Of a DNA stretch of 55,866 nucleotides, positions 22,661 through 33,300 are shown in pieces. The first letter of the stretch is position 1. The number at the start of each line of letters is the position of its first letter. Below the pieces are notes generated by a model. That model searched no databases. It saw only the letters and a list, made by a program, of their open reading frames with translations, and was not told the origin of the DNA. Both the position numbers and the translations under genes were made by a program. The DNA comes from Macrostomum lignano (taxonomy: Eukaryota): assembly GCA_002269645.1 (NCBI GenBank), contig NIVC01004191.1, positions 1 through 55,866 of the forward strand. Direction: 5' to 3'.

Positions 22661-25576
22661 CATGTAAGTTGCTATTAGACAAAATAGTAGTCACGTGACT
22701 GCTCTTAGCCAATAGCAACTTACATTACATGTGTGTGTTGCCAATAGAAATGGCCAAGTGATTCTCAAGGTTGCTCATGTATAATAGTTCTAGTTTCCAT
22801 ATTAAATTATTTTGAGTTTGAGTTTACTTTGGCTGATTAGTTTTTACTGATGTTAAACTTGTAGAAAAATGTATATAGTAAGAATAGGATAGATGCTAAC
22901 TGGACAAGTAGAATGGGATAGCTCAAGGCTGACCAATAGGTGAAGGGGTAGGTAAGTCATGCAGAATCAAGCTATTTGCTTGATTGTTATATAGATTGAT
23001 TGAATATCAAACACATGTATACTGATTGAATTACTAGGGACTAGGCCTAACTTGTTTTCATCTATTAAGTCTACTTTTTTCCTGAAAATAAACTGAAATT
23101 GAAAAATTCAAATGCAGAAAAATGTATAAATACATATATACTTGTAGTGACCTTGTACTAAACCTTTGCAAAACTTTCAGCCATTCATGCAGTAAACATT
23201 TTATTCTAGAAATTTCCTCGCTATACTCTATGATTCTAAATATAGTAACTTGAATTCCCGCGCGAACTCTTTCTAGAAAACTCCCTCTTCCGGAATGTTC
23301 CATGAGAAAGCTATAAATATAAAGCACCCGCAATCAAACGGTTGCAGTTTTTTTCGACCTATCTTACGATTACGAACCTCTCTCATTAGCAATAATATTA
23401 AGAACCACCGCCTTTACGCGCCTTTATAAAGTATTTTTATGTATAGATTAAATCCCCGCACTTTTTATGATGTATCCGGCGTTCCTGAATGTTATTGTGT
23501 TATTATTTAGTCAGTATTTATTCAGTAGTGAGTTTCCTATTTCCGCGATACTTACTGTACGTACTTTATTACTATTGTTTTACTGTATGTTAATTCCTAT
23601 CGTATTTAAAACGCGAATGCGCTGTGTTTGGTGTTTGGGGTTTTCTAGGCGCTGTGTAGTAGTTGCAGTAGAGTAGCGTAGTTTTCAGAATTCAAGTCCA
23701 TCCAGTTTAAATAATAAATCTAATTACTTTTATTACAAATAGATTTTACAAATAAATATGAAATAAAGTAAGGCTCATTGCACCCACCAAACAAGGACGC
23801 ATTCATTCATCCGTCTGTCATCACAACGAATATTTTTTATTGGAATTGTTTGACTTCAAGAAGTTTATTTTACACCTTATTCATTTAAATCACTACAGAC
23901 TAGGCCTAACTTGTTTTAACTTATTGAGTTATTTTTAAAACTCAAAAAATTAAAGCAAGAAACTATGAGGCTTTTCATATTACCAATTCCAGAATCAGAA
24001 TCGGTTCGGATCTTCCAAGAAAAACAGCAGTATAACTATTTAATTCTGTTGAATGTTTGACTGCCTTAACAGCCTCACTTTGCACGATTTTCACTTTCTT
24101 TGTCACGTTATTGGCGTAGTAGTGGCTATAGCCCTCAAAAGGGCCGTTTGACGAGAGTGCTGACGTTATTAGTCCCAAAAGGATGGTGAACTCAACAATG
24201 GCAGAGTAGATGATGATAATTGGGATGAAGCCGAGTAGCAAGTGATGGCTGTGAGCACAGTGATGGCAGTGAGTAACAAGTAGGCAAACAGACAAAGTGG
24301 CGAGATTGGGCGTCGGCCCGTGGCAGTAGTGGAGCAAGAGTGCGTAGACAGTCTGGCCCAGACAGAGTGGAGCCGTGGCGAGAGATAACAAGAGAGAGGA
24401 CGAGAGAACGAGAGAGCGAAAGGACAAGAGGAGCGAAGGCGCGAAAGGAGGAAAGATGAAAAAAACCCCAGCCCGCCGCCAGGCGGGGTTAATAAAGGAG
24501 CGCAGGAGGGTTAACATAATATATGCGGAGAGTTTTCATTGGCTGGCGAGGGAAAAACAAGAAAATCGATCGCGCGAGACCCTGCAGCCGTACGCAAGGC
24601 TTACAAAGTACGCAGTGATTTAGCAATTGATACAGATTATTTGCGCGCTACTACAAGTAAACGTGAGAATACACTATTGGAAATCTAAATGAGAAATTGT
24701 AAGGAAAATTGTAGTCCAACGGCCCTTTTGCGGGACCACCTTAAACTGGCAACGTCATATTCTTCTTGGCGATTGTCATTTAATAATAAAAACTTTATAG
24801 CACATATCTCCCTCTAGTTATGGAGACAAAAAGTTATACTTCACAAATTGGTTCTGGTTCTGGAACCAGAACAAGCAATATGAAAAGGCCCTATAACTAA
24901 GATTATAGGCCTATATCTATTGCTATAAATACATAACTTTGGCCAATTGGTTTTTACTGATATTAAAACTAAAACTGATATTAATGATGAGGACGCACTT
25001 TTTTCCAAACCCCGCGCTAGCACATGGGCTCTAACCTTACTAGCCTACTAACAGTGGTCTATGGGCATTTTTATCCTTTTTCTGCGAATTGTCATAGAAT
25101 CTATACTAGATATAATGTTTGGTCATACTAGTAGTCATAATAACATGCATAGGCGCAGCTTTTTGGGTCATAAATCATCGCTTTCGAAGCTGGTCTGACA
25201 GCCACCTGCGCCTCACTCAGTGCTGAGGCTGGCGCCAGATGATCTGAGGGGATGCGAATGATGGCTTTTTTCTCATCATTCTTGACAGGCCATCAGATTT
25301 ATGAGGTCAGGGCCTATTGTTCGGGTTCACTCAAGCGTGTGACAGCTTTGACAGCTATGCGTTTTACCCCTAAAAGTACTTTGGGATTAGCGATTAGCGA
25401 TTTCTCTTCATTACCTTCACCTTCTATTTAATAAGAGCTTTCTAATGTATATTTTTTCATTAATTTCTGTCAATCCTACGCGAAAAGTCATACATCATTT
25501 TGTTGCGATTTTGATTGATTTATGGCCGCACCTGTCATCTTTTTACGACCCTGTGGGAACTGATAGGATCTCCCGG

Positions 25577-25708
25577 TCACGTGATTCTGGGTAGCAACAA
25601 GCTTAGCCAATCAGAAAATTCGGCGCTCATTTTAACAAAGCGACTCAGTCAATCAGAATCGACGTGTTCCATTATAACAAACTGTGGTCCAATTGGCGGC
25701 TATTTAAA
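25577..25708 (+). promoter_or_regulatory. Promoter-like cluster (E-box, two CCAAT-type boxes, TATA-like), possibly an LTR U3 remnant
   Basis: TCACGTGA 25577, AGCCAATCAG 25605, AGTCAATCAG 25647, TATTTAAA 25701. Confidence 0.35.
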
Positions 25709-27326
25709 CCGGTGTTTTTGGCCCGCTCGGACCCCAGACGCTTGCTATCGGCCAGGAACTCGCTCTTCCCTGGCCTGACCGTCGTCTCTTGATCCTCGGA
25801 TTGCGACTTCCCCCCATCATCATCATCAAGGACGAGTCCCCCCGGTCATCGGCAGCGACCATCAAAGTGAAGAGCATCACCTGCTATCTATCAGCGAAGA
25901 TTGTGACATCAGCATCATCCCGAGTCTACAGCTGCGAAGCATCAAGCCGATTCGGTCACTGCAGGTGGATTACCTGGTCTCCGGCTGTTGAGTTTCTGAT
26001 TGGTTGGGTGAGAGGCTACCTAGATTTGCTTGATCGGGTGATTCCCGCGCTATCTGTCCCCTGTTTCAGCAGCTGAATTAGGCGCACACTTTTGCTCTTT
26101 TTGTTCAGTAGTGCTGTTACTGAGGCAGAAGTCATTCAATAATACTGCTAGTAGTCTAAAACTCTAATTCAATCTGAAGTGCAAAGTAATCTTACTGATC
26201 TAAGGAGAAGGTTAAATCTAACAGTTATTTTTATCGGTTTTATTTCTTTGTTCGCCGATGGCTCAGATGAGTAGCTAAGCTAGTAGGCGCCGGTCGCAGT
26301 GGACCAATGGCAAGGCAGTTCTCAGTCGATCAAACTATCAAATCAGTGAGCAAAACTGCCAGAAGTGCAGAATCGGCGCCAGAGATGTACTCTGTGCACT
26401 CTAGGTTAGCTAAGCAGCTCGGGTGATGAATCATGCGGTCTCTGAAGTTCGAGTTAGCCTATCATCAGCGCTAGGAGAGGCTGGTTGGCGTGTTGAAGGC
26501 CAAAAGTACATATCTTCGTATTTAGCTATGTAAATAGTACATGTAGCTACCCCATAGTCTCGCCACTGCAAGAATCCCCTGCACAAGTCCCCTCTGTACC
26601 TGCATGGCCAATGCGATCAAGTCCCAGCAGTGTCCCTTATCATCGGCTATGACTTCGAGATTGACAGCAAAAAGACACTAGTTGGCAGGTAAGTGCAAAG
26701 CCCCTTCTAGTCGGAAGCCCGATTTCGAGAGTCCCGGTGTGGTGAGCCAGGGCGCATGGACTGGTGGCAGCAAATTAGTTGATCTGCGGATTAGCTAATT
26801 TCTACCTTCAAAATTCTCCTTGCTTGTCTCTCGCTGTCTTCTCTTAGCTATAGGACCTAGACTGCTCGCCCCAAGATCAAGCTACCATGGGGCTGACCAT
26901 CTGACAGGAGTGGGGGGCCAGGACTATAATTGATTTATTTCTGAGACCTGAGGCCCGAAGGCTTCCCCACAAGGGGGCCGAAAGGTCGAAACCCATCATT
27001 AAAATATACATAGTGAGAGTGAGGTGGCTGTATACTAGATGACAAAATTATAGGGTGGCTGACCAAGGGGTGAGCTAAGGCCAAATAGGGGTGAAATGTA
27101 GCCATTCCACCGTATGCATTTAGCGTTTAGTACAAAACCTCATCTATGCACTTTCATCTGCTGATTCGCTAAACGCAGGCTACCAATAGCAGCCTAACAT
27201 TGCGCTGTATTTTAATGCACGAAAGTACGAAGCAGTCCTTAGACCCCTCGCACTTCCCGCACTCTAGCAATCTCGCAGACCCTTTATCCTTTTCCTCTAC
27301 TTCCGACTCACTGTCAGAGTTCGCAG

Positions 27327-30300
27327 GCAAAGTCTACCCAGCTACTTACTACAATTCAGCTGAATGATGACCAGCAGAATATAACTCAACAATTTGAGTT
27401 TCTATCCGACGTTGATATTATTAGCGCATTTCCCGATCTAATTGATCGGCTTCATTCCCAGGGTCGCTTACCAGCTTTGGTGTTTATGAACGATCGTAAA
27501 GGCATTGAAAAGCTTGCTGCGTCGCTTGTTGATCGAGCTAATGAAAGGATTAAGCAAGCTGTCGATCCGAAACTGCTAGAGCGCATGGAGAAAGCTCGCG
27601 AAGCGATGGCCATCGCCCACAAGCGCAATCGTGACAAAGATGATTCGGACGATGAAAATCCGGTCGATGCCGCCGAACGGGAATCCTACTACAGACATCG
27701 GCTAGAACTGCGCAGCAAAATTCAGGCCTGCGCCTATTTTAAACCGCAGGCCGTACAAGAATCTTTTCTTAAGGAAGTACTGAAGCCGTTAAATGAGAAT
27801 GTGACGAATATGATAGAATTTGGCGTCTGCTATCACCATGCCGGTTGTTCTGCAAAGCACCGACAAGCTGTTGAGATGCTGTTCCGCAGCGGTCATTTGC
27901 AGGTTAGTTTAGGCTGTTTGCTTATTTTTTCAGCTTGATTGATCCATGGCTCTGAGTGCGAGCTAGGACTGTACATGTATGTAAGTTTAGCTTTATAGTG
28001 TTAACATATAGAGGTAGCTTAACTAAAAAATCTAGACGTAAATCAAATCAAAAATAATTCGGGAGCCTAGAATTAAAATAATAATTTTTGCTTCGATCTG
28101 CACATTTAGCCTTTTGACTTGATTACTCAATCGATGCGGTGTAAAAAAACTAAGCTGTTTTTACTTGGCCGTGTTGACAAAATATCATTCCACTTGAATT
28201 TTTAGTTTTAATTAGTAGACATAAAACGCATAAAAACTTACGAAGCGTTGGATCGACCAAAAAAGAAGCATGACAATCTCTGACTCTCGATCAAGTGTGC
28301 CCGGCAATGCACTCCTAACCCTCCCAGCCGCGTGCCGGCGTCAACACCCCCATTCTGTCTGCGTCAAACCCCCCTCCCAGTTGCACCCACCCCACTGTCT
28401 GTATAAGCCAACAGATTTTAGCTGGCTGCGCCCCAGTGCGCCCCCTCGCTCGCCCTGCGATTGGCTGGCGGCCCAGCCAATCGGTTTGTGTACTCTCCCC
28501 TTCCAATCGCGACCCCGGCGGGCTTTGTAACTTTTAAGACTCGTAATTTTGGCTAGCTGGGCCTGGGGTAGCGATACGATACCCCAGGGCTTAACCAGCT
28601 AGCGTAAATATAAATGTATGCAGGAGCGGCGGTAGGGGAGGCCATCCTTTCGTGTCGATCTAGACGCAGCTACAAGCTCTATTACAACCAAAACCGAACT
28701 TACTCAGAAGCCAGTCTTTACTCAGAACTTTCGCCAGAAGTTGAGAGAAGCCACCCCTACCGCCGCCATCGCTGTTGCGTGTGAAGATAAAGAGAGTGAC
28801 TCGCGTGTCTTTCTCATTCGAAGGACTGGTTTGGTTTAATTTGTGCCGTAGGGACAAGCTGATCAAGTCTCCTGGCGCGATCCCACGCTCAGAGTCCGAA
28901 GTCAGTCCGGCCAGTTGACTGACGCCATCTCTGGGCTCGTCCGTTGAGATAACTAGAGTTGCGATCTGGCCTATATCACAACACTCGTGCCGTGCCGTGA
29001 CTCTGAGCTGGCTGCAGCACCAGCTCAGAGAACTGTCCAGTGTGGTCGTTGTTTCGAGATCACCCACACGACCCAGCAATGCAGAAACTCTATAGTTTGC
29101 AATTACTGCAACCGGCCCGGTCACAAACAGGCCAGGTGTTTCAAACTGCAAAGAGACCAGCAGCAGACGGGAAACGGTCAGGTGACCTGGAGGCAGGGCC
29201 ATCCAGGCACCCACCCGAATTAGCAATAGAGGCCCAACCCAGCGCACGGAGCCAACCCGCACAAGGTACAGAACTTGGTTTTGTCGATGTGATATTTGAA
29301 AGCAGAACAAGTAGTATGGCATGCTTGCTAGATTCCGGCTCAAGTATATCCCTGCTAAGTGAAGCCGCGTGGAAGAGGAACTCGAATCGAGCCGGGTTGA
29401 AGCCAAGCTACATAAGAAAGAGTATTAAAGTTGCAAATGGCGATGTCAAAGATGTGCTGGGGGAGTGCGTTGGGGAATTTTCCATTGGCTCGCATAGATT
29501 TCGTCAACACCTTCGTCGTCGTCTCACACATACTGCACCGTTGCATCCTTAATGCAGATTTTTTCCGATCCCAATCAGCCACGTTAGATTTTGCCAACTA
29601 TCAGATCGTCACTTCGGAAGGAACTTTTTCTTTTTGTATTTCTTCTGAGTGACCCCTTCTTTGCCGGATAGTCATTTCGAAATCGGAAACAGTTCCTGCA
29701 AATCGGTCTCAAATCATTCGAGCTAAGCTAAGTCGGAGAGGAGTGAAGGAATTTCGGTTTTTAGGAATAGCAGAGACCGCTCCCAGACTGAAGGCCATGT
29801 GATGCTGCCTAGGTCAGTTGTGCCCTCTGCTGACGGTTCCGTCCCTCTCAAGATCACCAAAGTGTCGGTAGAACCTGTAGTCCTGACAAAAGGAAAGCAG
29901 ATTAGCTGGTTCTCGCCCATCCATGACAGCCAACCAAATCTTGATGAAGAACCCAAGGCACAAGTTAACCAGGTCTCTCTCGACAGACTGGGATCCTGTA
30001 GAGCATCTGGGCAGTTGTGACTCGCCGGACTTGTCCGAGGACCAGCAGGTGTCGTTCATAAAGTTGAACCGTCAGAACAGAGATGTCTTTGCCAAGGACC
30101 ATAGCGAGCTGGGTTCAACTGACCAGGCAATGCATACCATAGACACCAGGGACGCCAGGCCAACTAGAGAACCACCACGCCGCATCCCGCCGCACATTAG
30201 GCCAAAAATCGATAAAGAAATCGACAGGCTAATAGATTGCGGTAGGATCTACGAGTGTCAATCCTCGTGGGTCAGCCCAGTCATGCATGTACGGAAGAAG

Positions 30301-33300
30301 GACGGATCCATCTGGCTGTGCCTGGATTATCGCCGGCTAAATGAAGTAACCAGTCTTGACCCTTTCCACCGCCGCGAATGGATGAAACTTTAGAGGCGCT
30401 TGCAGGAAATGCTATTTTTTCAACTCTAGACTTGGAGAGAGTGTCTTGAACACTTGAGCAATTGTAATATTTGACAGAGGAGTAAAAATGAAGTACAAAA
30501 CTGGGTACACAAGTTTGAGTGAAAGGCTTTTACATATCAAAACAGTCCAGTCCGGTTATTGAGCGAGCTAAAAAAGTTAAAGTTGACGGCTAGCACCCCC
30601 CATGGCAAGCTGATTGTTCAGAGTAGGTTTTTGGGCCTTAATGTGTATAGCCTCTAATAAGCTAAGTTTGTTATCGTTCTTACAAAATTCTATAGTCAAT
30701 CATTTCGTATGGTTCAGTGTCACAGCAGCTCTTGCAGGTGAGCAAATGTTCATTAATGGCAGAGTTTTTTAGCCAATGTTCTCTAACCCTCGTGTACATG
30801 TGTCGTTTGGTCTTTCCTTTATAGGAAATGCTCTGGTCATCAGAGCAATTAAATTTGTAAACAAAACCTGCAGCGAGAGGTCGGGGCACACTGGATTTCT
30901 GATTCGATCTAAACTTAGCGATCTTTTCGGTGCGAAAGACAACAGGAATTTCAGCTTTGAGGTTTTTACGGAATAACTTTTTGATATTTTTAAAACTCAA
31001 TAGAGCAGAACGCTGAAAGTTTCTTTACCCGATTCGGTCGGCCAATCAAAAATAATATTGGGTGTCATCTTTTATTTCGTGCAGCCAGTGATTCACTTAA
31101 GAGTCTCACCGCCCCGTCCAGGTGGTCACAGCAACCGCCACCCTGGCTCTGGGCGTTCACATGCCCTGCAAAACTGTCGTATTCGCTAGCGACGACAAGT
31201 TTTTGGATGCGCTCAACTATCACCAGATGGCCGGTCGGTCTGGTCGACGCGGCTTCGACAACATCGGTAACATTGTGTTCTACGGCGTGCCCGCCTCCAA
31301 GATTGCTCACCTGATCCAAGCCGACCTGCCAGAACTGAAGGGCGGCTTTCCGCTTACCTGCGCTTTCGTTCTCAGACTGTTGCTACTGACTGGGAATGCC
31401 ACAGATCCCGAGGTGGCCCACAATCAAGCGGCTACGGTTTTGGAGCATCCGTTTGCTGCGCATCAGAGGCCGGATATGATGCAGCAATTACGATTGTTCT
31501 TTCTGTTTAGTGCAGAGTTTCTGTACGGGCAGGATCTTATTAATGAGTTGGGCGCTCCGCTGGTGAGTTTCATAGTGTTAATACTGTTGCACCAATGCAG
31601 GAACCTGTTTTTTTCCAAGCTGTATGCCATTTTATTTAAGTTCAGAATTTTCGTATTAAAATTTTTTTTTGATATCGGTATTTTAAGCAATTGCAATTTT
31701 CTGGGATCTCAAGACTTTTGCAACTTCTGCGTATCGGAGGAGAGACTCAGCGATGTAAAGCTGAGCTTTAAGGGTAAGGGTAAAGTCGTAAAGATATTGG
31801 GTGTTTGATTTGATTTTGAAAATTTTCACTGATTCTGAATTTCATTGTGGCATCCAGAGTTTGAATCCAGTATGCTAAATGGCACTGCGATTCTGACGCT
31901 TAAAATAACCATGTTTGCGTTGCTGACCCTGTCAGCTTTATCCTGCTGCACATTGCCTAACCCGATGAAAAATGCTACCTGCTTCGAGAAGAGTCCCAGA
32001 GTGTTGCAAGCAACACATGTGAAAAAGGAAATAAGTGACTCTAGACGACTTTGAAACGACGAGATGTCACGGTACAAGTCGCCAAAAAGTCGTCAAAGAG
32101 TCGCCTACGATTCAATTTGAAGCATTTAATTTTGAGACTATAAAACGACTCTACGGCGATGCAAGGGACTGTAGCGCTTCTATAATCACTATGGGGCTGC
32201 AGAGTATCTGAAGTCATTACAGTCTTGAGTCGTTAAAAAGTCACAAGAGTCGCCAGTGAGTTGTTTGCAATGAAGTAGAATGGTGTTTCTTCCCGGTTTA
32301 GGCACTTAAGATTACCTTAAGACTCGAGCCTCTTCAGTGGGAAGTTCTCTTAGCTCTCAGTAGCGTAGGTAGTGCTGCCACCAGTTCCTTCAGGTCTCGG
32401 CCTTCGGTGAGGTAAGCTTCCCGTCGGAACGAAATAACGAAGTCAACGAACACAGCACCAAGTGCAGATTTGCAGTTCAACGTACGAGGCGTCTCGTCAG
32501 CGGTACCTGCCGGGCTTGGTTGGTAGAGGGAGGGCTGAGTTAGCCTCTCGTAGGCTTAGGGCGCTTTAGTCGGGACTCAGTCAGACCAATAAGAACAGAA
32601 CTTAACGCACACAGATGGGCTGACACTCAGAACTCGCGGTTTCGGGAAAACGACTAGAAACTCAGAAAACTGGAAGCTCCTTGACGGAAACAAGGGGGAG
32701 GGGGGTCCTATTTATAGCCGGGAAACACCCGCGCACAAGACCTCGTGACTTGTTCTATTTTTAGAACTGACGTCACTTGAGAGTCTCGGGCAGGGTACTA
32801 GCGCGCGGAAGGCCTCGTGACTTGTTCTATTTTTAGAACTGACGTCACTTGAGGTCTCCGGCCAGAGTACACGCGGCTGTGACTCAGTTGCTATTTTAGC
32901 AACGAGTCACTCCTCTCCTTAGAGAAGGGAGGGGTCCGAAAGCACGTGATTCTCCCGGTAAACAGGGCCAACAGTAAACATGTTTACTGCACTTTAGGAC
33001 TCGAAGAACGCAGAGTCTGTCATGTGACTTGCTCACATGACAGAGGAAAACGGGACGGGAACGAAACAGAGACAGCCCACAGCCCACAGCAGAGAAGCTG
33101 AGGGCTGAGAACAGAGACGCAGAAGGGCAGAACAGGCCAAGGGCAGCAACAGACGGGCCAAGGGGGGCGGGAAGCTGACCAGCGGCAGACAGCAACCCAG
33201 GGCGAGGGCGAGGGAGACTGCTGACAAAGTGGGACGCCTAACATCAACTAGCGGATCACTACAGCAATGACTCTAGCAATTCTTGTCACGGTAAATTTAT

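Noticed and set aside
26558-26690. Possible short exon (SRHCKNPLHK...KTLVG|GTAAGT) upstream of DDX60
   Set aside because: No recognisable DDX60 similarity, and its phase is incompatible with the predicted acceptor at ~27327.
28250-28600. 5' LTR and primer-binding site for the intronic Gypsy
   Set aside because: Promoter-like, but I could not define TG...CA ends, a TSD or a tRNA-complementary PBS.
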